Notes: generated from the letters alone by a model not told the origin. DNA of 64,000 nt from an uncultured Candidatus Rokubacteria bacterium (GCA_963826115.1 CAWGVS010000006.1:928001-992000); one strand, 5' to 3'; numbered from the stretch's first letter, positions 27,550 to 36,095 are shown. Translations and numbers: made by a program.

Positions 27550-28034
27550 GGCCGCGCCTCCACGATCACCTTGCCCCACATGGTGTGATGGGCGACGCCG
27601 CAGTACTCGTGGCAGACGAACGGGTACTCCCCGGGCCGGTCGAAGCGAGCGGTGACCCGCGCGATCTGCCCCGGGAGCAGCATCACGTTGACGTTGTGGC
27701 GGTCGACGTGGAGGCCGTGGACGATGTCCTTGCTGGTCGCGACGAAGGTCACGGTCGATCCCGCCGGTATGCGGACCTCGTTCGGAGCGAAGCTCCAGAT
27801 CCCGGCGACCATCCGGACCTCGTAGCGTCCGGGCCCGGTCTCGACGACGCCGGGGTGGTCGAAGGGGGGCGTCTCGGCGACCCGCGTGACGTCGACGCGG
27901 CCGGCGTCGCTCGGGAGGTGGATCCCGACGCCGAAGGCCGTGACGGTCAGCGCGACGAGCATCCCGACCGGGATCGCGATGCTCGGCAGGATCCACGCGA
28001 GCTCGTAAAGATAGACGGTCGTGCCCTGCCTCAT
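27546..28034 (-). CDS. cbaB: ba3-type cytochrome c oxidase subunit II (CuA)
   Basis: Single TM with YELAW, SKDIVHGL, CHEYCGVAHHTM CuA motif. Confidence 0.93.
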   Translation of the reverse strand: MRQGTTVYLYELAWILPSIAIPVGMLVALTVTAFGVGIHLPSDAGRVDVTRVAETPPFDHPGVVETGPGRYEVRMVAGIWSFAPNEVRIPAGSTVTFVATSKDIVHGLHVDRHNVNVMLLPGQIARVTARFDRPGEYPFVCHEYCGVAHHTMWGKVIVEARP

Positions 28035-28041
28035 GGCGCCC

Positions 28042-28149
28042 TCACCGCGTCCAGAGCTTCAGGTACATGTTGGTCCACATGAAGGCGAGCAGCGCCAGGT
28101 AGACCAGCATGAAGACCAGCGCGCCCTTCGGATGGTCGTTCTCGTTCAC
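28042..28149 (-). CDS. cbaD: ba3-type oxidase subunit IIa (35 aa, single TM)
   Basis: Translated by hand: (M)NENDHPKGALVFMLVYLALLAFMWTNMYLKLWTR, SD AAGGAGG. PKGAL-TM-W...Y pattern of Thermus CbaD; directly upstream of cbaB. Confidence 0.85.
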   Translation of the reverse strand: MNENDHPKGALVFMLVYLALLAFMWTNMYLKLWTR

Positions 28150-28195
28150 TCGACGCCTCCTTCTCCGGGAGCCGGGCTCCCGGAGCGTGGCGTGA

Positions 28196-28211
28196 AGCAA
28201 TCGGGATGCCA
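28196..28211 (-). promoter_or_regulatory. sigma54 (-24/-12) promoter of cbaDBA
   Basis: Minus strand TGGCAT-CCCGA-TTGCT, against consensus TGGCAC-N5-TTGCW. Confidence 0.85.
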
Positions 28212-28293
28212 CGGGACGTCGCGCTGGCGGCGTGCGAAACGGGCGTCGCGATGGTCGTTCCGGCCCGCCGCCCGCTGCCGGCGCCCTGCCGGA

Positions 28294-28332
28294 TGGGGCG
28301 CTACCGTCCCACCCTGGGGCGCTCCGGCCCCA
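28294..28332. promoter_or_regulatory. Tandem palindromic upstream activator sites (candidate bEBP enhancer)
   Basis: TGGGGC-GCTACC-GTCCCA (28294-28311) and TGGGGC-GCTCCG-GCCCCA (28315-28332), 21 bp apart, 83-121 bp upstream of the sigma54 site. Confidence 0.7.
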
Positions 28333-28377
28333 TGGCCTCGCGCTCAGGGTCGAGCCGGTCGGCCGGCTGGAGCGCGA

Positions 28378-29262
28378 TCACGAGTCGGACGGCGCGGCGG
28401 GGCGCGGGCGCAGGTAGACGAGCCAGTAGACGAGGCCCACCAGGATCGCGCCGCCGATGACGTTGCCGAGGGTGACGGGCAGGAGGTTGTCGCGGAGGAA
28501 CCCCTCCCACGTGAGGAGCGCGCGCGGCGGCCCCGGCGTCGCGGCGGCGGCGAAGCCGGGATCGAGCCGGGCGATCAAGAGGGCGAAGGGAACGAAGTAC
28601 ATGTTGGCGACCGAGTGCTCGAACCCGGCGGCCACGAAGGCGCTGACCGGCGGCACGATCGCCAAGATCCGATCGGCGGTGGTGCGCGCGGAGAGCGTGA
28701 GCCACACGGCCAGGCAGACGAGCGCGTTGCACAACACGCCCAGCGCCACGGCCTGCGTGAACCCGAGCTCGAGCTTCGCCCGGGCGATGGCGAGCGCGGC
28801 GGCGCCGAACGCCCCGCCCCCGCCACGGTGCGTCCCGGCGAGGTAGACGAGGAGGGCGGTGCCACCGGCGCCCGCGAAGTTCCCGGCGAAGACGGTCAGC
28901 CAGTTGCGGAGGAGCGCGGCCGTGGACACGCGCCGGCTCGCCCAGGCGATGACGATCAGGCTGTTGCCCGTGAAGAGCTCGGCGCCGCCGACCAGCACGA
29001 GGACGAGGCCGAGGCTGAACGTCACGCCGGCCAGCACGCGGACCGGCCCCCAGGGCGCCGCCCCGGTCCCCGCGAGGGCGGTCGTCGAGAAGACCCCGCC
29101 GAGGGCGATGAAGGCGCCGGCGAGGACGGCGAGCGCGAACGTCGTCGCGACGTCCAGTTCGGCCTTGCGCACGCCCACCTCCTCGGCCCGGCGCGCCATC
29201 TCCGGCGGCAGGAGGGCGTCGAGCTGCGGCGGGCCGGCCGATGTCAAGGTGGCCGGTCTCAT
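28378..29262 (-). CDS. Formate/nitrite transporter (FNT, FocA-like)
   Basis: LAGAFIALG, GGAELFTGN, LCNALVCLAVW, GFEHSVANM, TLGNVIGG. Confidence 0.93.
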   Translation of the reverse strand: MRPATLTSAGPPQLDALLPPEMARRAEEVGVRKAELDVATTFALAVLAGAFIALGGVFSTTALAGTGAAPWGPVRVLAGVTFSLGLVLVLVGGAELFTGNSLIVIAWASRRVSTAALLRNWLTVFAGNFAGAGGTALLVYLAGTHRGGGGAFGAAALAIARAKLELGFTQAVALGVLCNALVCLAVWLTLSARTTADRILAIVPPVSAFVAAGFEHSVANMYFVPFALLIARLDPGFAAAATPGPPRALLTWEGFLRDNLLPVTLGNVIGGAILVGLVYWLVYLRPRPAAPSDS

Positions 29263-29699
29263 CCCGGGCTGCCATCGGCCTTGAGCGCGGCCATCAGATC
29301 TCGCCGCGTGATCACTCCGACAATCACTTTTCCGCCCGCGGCATCGTTCACCACCGGGATGGTGCGGATTCGATACTCCACCATCAGGGCCATTGCCTTG
29401 ATCGCCGGCTCGACGGGGTACAGCGTGATCACGCTCGGACTCATGATGGCGCCGACGGAGGAGACCCAGGCGCTCTCCATCGCGGGGATGAACCGAGGGT
29501 AAGGCTCGAGATGAAGCTTGAACAGATCGAGCTGGGTCACGATTCCCTGGAGGACTTGAAGGCCGTCGACGACGGGCAGCCCGTTGTACTCGTACTCGAC
29601 GAAGATCCGAGCCAGCTCATCGACCGTCGTCTCGGGCTTCACGGTGAGGGCCGGCGCCGACATCAGCTCGCCCACGGGAATCTGGATGATCCTGCGCAT
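29259..29699 (-). CDS. CBS domain protein
   Basis: VGELMSAPALTV, GLPVVD...GIVTQLDL, TIPVV...GVITRRDL. Confidence 0.88.
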   Translation of the reverse strand: MRRIIQIPVGELMSAPALTVKPETTVDELARIFVEYEYNGLPVVDGLQVLQGIVTQLDLFKLHLEPYPRFIPAMESAWVSSVGAIMSPSVITLYPVEPAIKAMALMVEYRIRTIPVVNDAAGGKVIVGVITRRDLMAALKADGSPG

Positions 29700-29747
29700 G
29701 AATGCTCCCTTTCGAGTCTGATGACCGGCCGCGAGGGTTCGCCCGGG

Positions 29748-30203
29748 TCACGGATAGGAGATCACGATGTCCAGCTCGGGGTGCTCCGGCACCTCGGTTC
29801 CCGCGATACTGCGCAGGACGTCGATCTCCGTGAGCATGCCGACGACCCGTCGGCCCTCGACCACGAGCAGGGAGCCCACCTTGTCGCGCCGCATCCGCTC
29901 GGCGGCCTCGGCTACCTCGGCGGACGGCCCGATGCAGCGGACCGGCGCGGACATGACGCTCCGGACCGGCGTATCCCGCAGGAGCGCGCTGACCGGAACT
30001 TTGCCGATCTGCGAATAGACCTCGGATGAAAAGAGGCGGTGCCGGAGATCTCGATCGGTGACGAGGCCCACCAGCGAGCCGTCCGGGGCGAGGATGGGGA
30101 GGTGGCGGACCTTCCGGTGGCACATCGCGTCCACCGCCTCGAGACAGGTGGCGTCCTGGCCGATCGTCATCACGCTGCGGGACATCAAGTCGCGCACTTT
30201 CAT
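29748..30203 (-). CDS. CBS domain protein
   Basis: MKVRDLMSRSVMTI, VRHLPI...GLVTDRDL, VRSVMS...GMLTEIDVL. Confidence 0.88.
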   Translation of the reverse strand: MKVRDLMSRSVMTIGQDATCLEAVDAMCHRKVRHLPILAPDGSLVGLVTDRDLRHRLFSSEVYSQIGKVPVSALLRDTPVRSVMSAPVRCIGPSAEVAEAAERMRRDKVGSLLVVEGRRVVGMLTEIDVLRSIAGTEVPEHPELDIVISYP

Positions 30204-30235
30204 GGCTGCCCTCGCATGCAGGTGAGGATGGCGCT

Positions 30236-30577
30236 TCAGCGGAGCGACGCCAGGTAGGCGGCGAGCGCGCTCGCCTCCGGCTCCGTCAGGCGGAGGTCTG
30301 GCATGTGGCGAGTGGGCTCCTGGGCGGCCGGGTCTCGGAGCCAGCGCGCGAGCGCGGCCTCCGGATACCGTGAGGCCGCTCGGCGGAGGTCCGGCCCGAT
30401 CGGCGTGCCGACGGCTCCGACCGTGTGACAGTCCAGGCAGCCCTTGTCGGTGAAGACCTGTCGTCCCTGCGCGACGAGAGCGTCCCGGCTCTGGGCGGAG
30501 AGCCATACGCCACCGAGCCCCAGACCCGCGAGGAGCACCGCGATGAGCGAGAGGGTTCCGCGACCGAGGCCGGCCAT
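30236..30577 (-). CDS. Monoheme cytochrome c
   Basis: Signal/TM segment, CLDCH, IGPDL, HMPDL distal Met. Confidence 0.9.
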   Translation of the reverse strand: MAGLGRGTLSLIAVLLAGLGLGGVWLSAQSRDALVAQGRQVFTDKGCLDCHTVGAVGTPIGPDLRRAASRYPEAALARWLRDPAAQEPTRHMPDLRLTEPEASALAAYLASLR

Positions 30578-31215
30578 CACTCGCGCCGCGTCTGCCGGGT
30601 GCTGAATCCTCGCGTCTGCAGCAGCGAGATGGCCGGCACCGGGTTGATCGTGCGGATGCGGACCACCACTTCCTTGAAGCCGCCGTCGCCGGCCAGGGTC
30701 ACGAGGCTCGAGATCTCCGCGCCCGCCGCCTCGAGGGCCTGGACCACCTCGGCGAGCGCGTGCGGCCGATTCCCGACGACGACGTCCAACCGGGTGGACG
30801 GCTCGAAGGCACCCATCGCCCGGGCGAACAAGCCGAGAACGTCGGTCTCCGTCACGATCCCCACGAGCTGGCCGGCGTCGATGACGGGGAGGGCGCCGAT
30901 CTTTTCCTGGAGCATGATCCGCGCCGCGGCCTCGATCGGGAACATCGGCGCGATCGTGATGACCGTCCGCGTCATGATCTCGTCCACGCGGAGTCGGTCC
31001 AGGAGGTAGTTGAGCTCGTGGACCTCGAGGCTCGTGGCCGAGGAGGCCATGGCCCGCTTGAGGTCTCGATCGGACAGGATGCCCACCAGGCGATCGCCGT
31101 CGACCACGGGAAGGTGGCGCACCCCGCGCTGGGCGGTGAGGCGAAGGGCCTCGGACAAGGTGGTCGCCGGCGTGACCGTGAGGAGCTTGGTCTGCATGAC
31201 GTCCTGGACCAGCAT
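30577..31215 (-). CDS. CBS + ACT domain protein (AcuB-like)
   Basis: MLVQDVMQ, VRHLPVVD...GILSDRDLK, IGALPV...GIVTETDVL, C-terminal ACT (NRPHALAEV). SD GGAGG. Confidence 0.88.
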   Translation of the reverse strand: MLVQDVMQTKLLTVTPATTLSEALRLTAQRGVRHLPVVDGDRLVGILSDRDLKRAMASSATSLEVHELNYLLDRLRVDEIMTRTVITIAPMFPIEAAARIMLQEKIGALPVIDAGQLVGIVTETDVLGLFARAMGAFEPSTRLDVVVGNRPHALAEVVQALEAAGAEISSLVTLAGDGGFKEVVVRIRTINPVPAISLLQTRGFSTRQTRRE

Positions 31216-31290
31216 GTTTCCCTCCGACCTCGCCCGAGCGGTTCCGGCGGAGGCGTCGGTGCCGCATCGGGCGGTCTCGTCGACTGAGAG

Positions 31291-31306
31291 AGCAACGACG
31301 GTGCCA
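31291..31306 (-). promoter_or_regulatory. sigma54 promoter of the AcuB-like/cytochrome c/CBS/FNT operon
   Basis: Minus strand TGGCAC-CGTCG-TTGCT, a perfect consensus match. Confidence 0.87.
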
Positions 31307-31376
31307 GGGGGCGCGCCCCGGGATGCGCGAAGTTCCGGGCCATTTCGTGCGATCGGTGAGGCGCGGCAGGCCCGTC

Positions 31377-31394
31377 TGGGGCGGCAGTGCCCCA
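31377..31394. promoter_or_regulatory. Palindromic upstream activator site between the divergent sigma54 promoters
   Basis: TGGGGC-GGCAGT-GCCCCA; a degenerate copy TGAGGC-GCGGCA-GGCCCG lies at 31357-31374. Confidence 0.7.
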
Positions 31395-31446
31395 CGTCCC
31401 GCGGCGCGCCGCCATCGGCTCGCGCGGGGGCAGGCGTATCTCGCCG

Positions 31447-31462
31447 TGGCATCCTGGTTGCT
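31447..31462 (+). promoter_or_regulatory. sigma54 promoter of the APH/AAA kinase gene
   Basis: TGGCAT-CCTGG-TTGCT. Confidence 0.82.
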
Positions 31463-31482
31463 CACGCCTGGAGGGCGGCGAC

Positions 31483-33069
31483 GTGAACGGGACGACGGCG
31501 GACAACCAGCGGGTGGGGTCGTTGCTCGACGACCTCCAGCGTCCGGAGGCCTACCCCGAGCCCCGGCCCTCGCGCGTCACGCTGGTCACGACCCACATCT
31601 CCTGGGTCTTCCTGACTGACGGCGAGGTTTGGAAGGTCAAGCGCCCGGTCAACTATGGGTTCGTGGACTACACGACGCTCGACCGGCGCCAGCGTTTCTG
31701 CGAGGACGAGGTCCGCCTGAACCGGCGCCTCGCCGCGGACGCCTACCTCGGGGTGGTCCCGGTACGGCTGGGGTCGAAGGGCCACTGGTTCGGCCCCGAC
31801 GGCGAGATCGTCGACTACGCCGTCCGCATGCGGCGACTACCCGACGATCGCAGCGCGGAGGCGCTCCTCCGACGGGGCCTGCTGGGCTCGGAGCATCTCG
31901 CCCGTCTGGCGGAGCGACTTACCCGGTTCTTCGCGGAGGCCGCTCCGGCGCCCGCCGCGGGCGCCGTCGCCGCGATCCGCGACAACGTCGTCGAGAATTT
32001 CGCCCAGACGGAGCCCTTCGTCGGCCGGTTCGTGTCGCGAGAGGAGGTGGACGCCGTGCACCGCTGGCAGCTCGGGTTCCTCGAGCGATGGCCCGATCGG
32101 TTCCGGGAGCGCGTCGCGGCGGGGCGGGTTCGCGACGGACACGGAGACCTTCGGCTGGAGCATGTTTACTTCGAGACCGAGGAGCCGATCGCCATCGACT
32201 GCGTGGAGTTCAGCGAGCGGCTTCGCGCCGGCGATGCGGCGAGCGACGTCGCCTTCCTGGCCATGGAGCTGGCCGCGCGCGCGCGCCGCGACCTCGCCGA
32301 GGGCTTCCTGGCGGCATACGCCAGCGCCTCCGACGACCACGACCTCTACAGCGTGGTCGACTTCTACGCGGGGTACCGCGCCTGGGTGCGCGGAAAGGTC
32401 GCGGCGTTCCTGGCTGTCGACCCGTCCACGCCGCCGGAGAAGACGGCGCGGAAGGCCAGGGAGGCGCGGTCCCTGTTCACACTCGCCGGCGCGTACGCGA
32501 CGGACCGGGCCGGCGGTCCGCCGGTCGTCGCGACCGGTGGGCTGATCGGCAGCGGGAAGAGCACGCTGGCCGAGGCACTCGGCCGCGCGACGGGCTGGCC
32601 CGTCGTGTCGTCGGACCGGGTGCGGAAGGCCCTCGCGGGAGTCCGGCCAATCGAGCGCGCCCCGGATGAGGCCTACTCCACGGCGTTCTCGTCGCGGACC
32701 TTCGACGAGGTGTTCCGCCGGGCCGGTGTCGTGCTGGGCTCGGGGCGCGGGGTCGTGCTCGATGCGACGTTCCGCGACCGAGCGCTCCGGATTCGAGCGC
32801 GGGAACTCGCGCGCCAGCACGGGCGGCGGTTCCTGTTCGCCGAGACCGTGTGCGACGACGCCACGCTTCGGGAGCGCCTACGTCGCCGGGCGGGCCGTCC
32901 CTCCGTCTCCGACGCGGGCGAGGACCTGCTCGACCGCGTACGCGCGGAGTGGGAGCCCGTCGTCGAGCTCGAGGCCGGCGAGCATGTCCGCGTCGACACC
33001 ACCGGCCCGGCGGAGGTGGCGGTGCGCGCCATCATGCGCGCGCTACCAGCCCACTCGCTGCTATCGTAG
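31483..33069 (+). CDS. Bifunctional aminoglycoside-phosphotransferase-like / P-loop kinase (Rv2004c-like)
   Basis: THISWVFL, KVKRPV, DGHGDLRLEH, IDCVEF; C-terminal GLIGSGKST, SSDRVRK, VVLDATF. Confidence 0.9.
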   Translation: MNGTTADNQRVGSLLDDLQRPEAYPEPRPSRVTLVTTHISWVFLTDGEVWKVKRPVNYGFVDYTTLDRRQRFCEDEVRLNRRLAADAYLGVVPVRLGSKGHWFGPDGEIVDYAVRMRRLPDDRSAEALLRRGLLGSEHLARLAERLTRFFAEAAPAPAAGAVAAIRDNVVENFAQTEPFVGRFVSREEVDAVHRWQLGFLERWPDRFRERVAAGRVRDGHGDLRLEHVYFETEEPIAIDCVEFSERLRAGDAASDVAFLAMELAARARRDLAEGFLAAYASASDDHDLYSVVDFYAGYRAWVRGKVAAFLAVDPSTPPEKTARKAREARSLFTLAGAYATDRAGGPPVVATGGLIGSGKSTLAEALGRATGWPVVSSDRVRKALAGVRPIERAPDEAYSTAFSSRTFDEVFRRAGVVLGSGRGVVLDATFRDRALRIRARELARQHGRRFLFAETVCDDATLRERLRRRAGRPSVSDAGEDLLDRVRAEWEPVVELEAGEHVRVDTTGPAEVAVRAIMRALPAHSLLS

Positions 33070-33176
33070 CGACCGGCGAGGATTCACGTCGCGGCACAGG
33101 ACCCGCCGGGCGCGTCCGGCGGGAGGGATCCGGCGCTCCGGGCGCGATCGCCGCGGCTCACACGCGTGAGGGGACG

Positions 33177-34106
33177 ATGACCGACCGACGGCTGCCGACC
33201 GAGGCCGAGGTGCAGAGCTGGATCCGGGACCGGAGCAACTGGGGCCGCTGGGGCGCGGACGACCAGCGGGGGACGATCAACCTGATCACGCCGGCCAAGC
33301 GGGTCGAGGCGGCCCGCCTCTGCCGGACCGGGCGCACCGTGTCCCTGTCGCGGCCGTTCCCCAAGGAGCCGGGGATCAACAACGCCATCCCGGCGCAGCA
33401 CTTCATGCGGACGATGCCCCGGGGCCGGGGCGGTGCCGCGATGGACTTCTACGGAATCTTCTACCACGGGGTGGCGTCGACGCACATCGACGCGCTGTGC
33501 CACACGTGGGACGAGCGGGCGATGTGGAACGGCCGCGATCCGAAGCGCGAGATCACGTTCGACGGCGCGACGTTCGGGTCCGTCGAGCACTGGCGCGACG
33601 GGATCGTGACCCGTTGCGTCCTTCTCGACGTGCCACGGCACCGCGGCGTGCCGTCCGTCACCCACGACCGCCCGGTTCACGGCTGGGAGCTGGAGGAGAT
33701 CCTGCAGGCGAGGGGGCTTCGCGTCTCGCCCGGCGACGCGGTGGCCGTCTACAGCGGTCGCGAGGCGTGGCAGGCGGCGAACCCCGACACGCCGTACGGC
33801 CGGCCGTTCGGCCCGCCCCTCCAGCGGCCGGGCCTCCACGTGTCGTGCCTGCCGTTCCTGCGGGACCACGACGTGTCGCTCCTGGTCTGGGACATGCTGG
33901 ACCACCTGCCCATCGGCTACGACGTCGCGTGGGCGGTGCACGCGGCGCTCTTCGCCTACGGCATGCCGCTCCTCGACAACGCGCTGCTGGAGCCCCTGGC
34001 GAAGGCCTGCGCCGAGGAGGGGCGCGACGATTTCATGCTGGTGATCGCGCCGCTGCCGGTGATTGGGGGCACCGGGTCTCCCGCGAACCCGCTCGCCATC
34101 TTCTGA
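33177..34106 (+). CDS. Cyclase family protein (kynurenine formamidase-like)
   Basis: SNWGRWGADDQRGTINLI, HGVASTHIDALCH, GIVTRCVLLDVP, GGTGSPANPLAIF. Confidence 0.9.
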   Translation: MTDRRLPTEAEVQSWIRDRSNWGRWGADDQRGTINLITPAKRVEAARLCRTGRTVSLSRPFPKEPGINNAIPAQHFMRTMPRGRGGAAMDFYGIFYHGVASTHIDALCHTWDERAMWNGRDPKREITFDGATFGSVEHWRDGIVTRCVLLDVPRHRGVPSVTHDRPVHGWELEEILQARGLRVSPGDAVAVYSGREAWQAANPDTPYGRPFGPPLQRPGLHVSCLPFLRDHDVSLLVWDMLDHLPIGYDVAWAVHAALFAYGMPLLDNALLEPLAKACAEEGRDDFMLVIAPLPVIGGTGSPANPLAIF

Positions 34107-34211
34107 TGGCGCCGGCCGGGCCCGAAGTGGCTGTATCGGCCGGGGCCGAACTGGATCTCCCTTCTCGCGCCGACCGGCCGGACGATGGCGGGCGGAGAGA
34201 GGAGGTCCCGC

Positions 34212-34724
34212 ATGAGCACCGTTCGCCCCCTCACGAACCCCGCCCCCGCGGTGGAGGTCCCTCGCCTGGGGAGCCCCTATCGGCCGCGGCCGGTCGGGTT
34301 CATCCGGCTGGAGCAGCGCGGCGACTGGCGCCTCAAGGTCTACGGCATCGCCACGCCCGGCCGGGCCCCGCGCCCGGAGTTCGTCGACGCCGCCGTCGAT
34401 CTCGCCGGGCGCATTCTGCCCCGGCCGGCGGTCGGTGACGAGCGCTACGGCGTCGGTATCGTGGTCGCGCACGACTCGGCGACGCACTGCTTCGCGCTCT
34501 GCTACTGGTGGCAGTCGGCCAACGAGCTGCACCAGCGGGTCTATGCCGCCCCGCGCGAGGACCCCCGCGCGCTGACCAAGCTCGCGGATCCCGGCGCCGG
34601 GTGCGTCTGGGAGCTGAGCGTCGTCGACTTCGAGCGGCGCGCCTGGTTGGAGGACGTGCTGACGAACCCGGGCGGCCCGGACCTCGACCGCTACCTGACG
34701 CGGCGGTTCGGCGCGGAGGTCTGA
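34212..34724 (+). CDS. Hypothetical protein (CVWEL motif)
   Basis: Strong SD (GAGGAGG), GC3-biased codons, motifs WRLKVYGI, WWQSANELH, GCVWELSVVDFERRAW. Confidence 0.8.
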   Translation: MSTVRPLTNPAPAVEVPRLGSPYRPRPVGFIRLEQRGDWRLKVYGIATPGRAPRPEFVDAAVDLAGRILPRPAVGDERYGVGIVVAHDSATHCFALCYWWQSANELHQRVYAAPREDPRALTKLADPGAGCVWELSVVDFERRAWLEDVLTNPGGPDLDRYLTRRFGAEV

Positions 34725-34755
34725 GCGCGCCCGCCGCGGGCGGCGAGGGCGAAGC

Positions 34756-35640
34756 TTAGCGGTTGGCGGCGCCGGACGGTAGGCGCTCGGACTCGCGCCC
34801 GTTCCGGGTCCCCGTCATCGCGTCCGCCGCCCCGCGGTCCGATCCTCCGAAGAACAGCCAGCCCGCGAGGAGGAGGTACGCCACGTACGCCACGGCTTCC
34901 CACGTGGACGGCCGCGCGCGGTAGCCGAGGAGGCCGGCGAGGAGCGATCCGAGGACCCCCCGGTCGTCGAGCCAGGCCGACGTGTCCCACAGGGTGTCCG
35001 GCGGGGGCAGGATGCCCAGCCCCTGGAGACGGCCGACCCCCGTGCTGAAGAGGCCCGCGGCCAGGAGGAGCAGGAAGGCTGACGTCCACGCGAAGAAGCG
35101 CCTGAGGCTCAGCTGGCGCGCGCCCTGGAAGACGAGGACGCCGAGCACGATCGCCCCGAGGACCCCGAGGGCCCCGCCGAGCGCGAGGAGCGAGCTCCCC
35201 GCGCCCGTGCCCACCTGGGTCAGGAGTCCCCAGAGGAAGAGGACGGTCTCGGCGCCCTCGCGGAAGACCCCCGTGAAGGCGATGGCCCCGACGACCCAGA
35301 ACTGGCGCCGGGCCTGGGCGGCGTCGATCCGCCGCTCCAGCTCGCCGCGGACGGCGCGCGCGTGACGCCGCATCCACCAGCCGTGCCACGTCAGCATCCC
35401 GCTCGCCGAGAAGAGGACGGCGGCGCCGATGAGGTCCGGTCCGAGGTCGACCAGCGGGCCGGAGAGGACCGTCACGACGACGCCGAGGAGCACACTGGCC
35501 GCCACGCCGAGGAGGGCGCCCATCGTCACGTAGCGAAACTCCCGCCGCGCGCCGATCTTGTCGAGGTAGGTGTAGATGAGCCCGAGGATCAGCGCGGCCT
35601 CGAACCCCTCGCGCAGCGTGATGACGAAGGTGCCGCCCAC
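34756..35640 (-). CDS. FTR1/EfeU family high-affinity iron permease
   Basis: Two REGxE motifs (LREGFEAAL, FREGAETVLF), about 7 TM. Confidence 0.93.
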   Translation of the reverse strand: MGGTFVITLREGFEAALILGLIYTYLDKIGARREFRYVTMGALLGVAASVLLGVVVTVLSGPLVDLGPDLIGAAVLFSASGMLTWHGWWMRRHARAVRGELERRIDAAQARRQFWVVGAIAFTGVFREGAETVLFLWGLLTQVGTGAGSSLLALGGALGVLGAIVLGVLVFQGARQLSLRRFFAWTSAFLLLLAAGLFSTGVGRLQGLGILPPPDTLWDTSAWLDDRGVLGSLLAGLLGYRARPSTWEAVAYVAYLLLAGWLFFGGSDRGAADAMTGTRNGRESERLPSGAANR

Positions 35641-35648
35641 GGCGTCGT

Positions 35649-36002
35649 CTACTCCGTGACGATGCGGCCCTTGGCGGTCGCTTCGTGGTACTCGCCGAAG
35701 AACTTGTAGGTGCCGGGCTTTAGCGGCGCCATCCGGACCTTCAGGGTCTTGTTGCCCGGGATGATCTTCTCGACCTTGAGCTCCTTGCTCTCGAACTCCT
35801 CGGGCGTGGCGTCCTTGTTGGTGATGACCAGCACGAACGGCTGTCCCGCCTTGACCTTGATCTCCTCGGGCGTGAACTTGTGCTGTTCGATGGCGAGCGC
35901 GATCTCGGGGGCCGCCGTTGTCGCCGCCGGCGCCTGCGCGCGTGCGGGCGCCGCGCCCGCGACGAGAGCCAACGCCACCCCCAGTCCCACGATGTGCCGC
36001 AT
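35649..36002 (-). CDS. Secreted cupredoxin (EfeO N-terminal/FtrB-like)
   Basis: Signal peptide; FTPEEIKV, PEEFES, EKII, PGTYKFFGEYH. SD AAAGGAG. Confidence 0.9.
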   Translation of the reverse strand: MRHIVGLGVALALVAGAAPARAQAPAATTAAPEIALAIEQHKFTPEEIKVKAGQPFVLVITNKDATPEEFESKELKVEKIIPGNKTLKVRMAPLKPGTYKFFGEYHEATAKGRIVTE

Positions 36003-36079
36003 CGGAGTCGCTCCTTTGGGATCCGGCCGGCCCGGACGCGGCACCGGCCGTCTCATCGTCGGTAGGCTACATGACAATC

Positions 36080-36095
36080 ATTAGGTAACCCTAAT
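36080..36095. promoter_or_regulatory. DtxR/MntR-type metal-responsive operator upstream of cupredoxin-FTR1
   Basis: AT-rich palindrome ATTAGG-TAAC-CCTAAT, 10 nt downstream of a minus-strand TTGACA (36106-36111). Confidence 0.7.
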
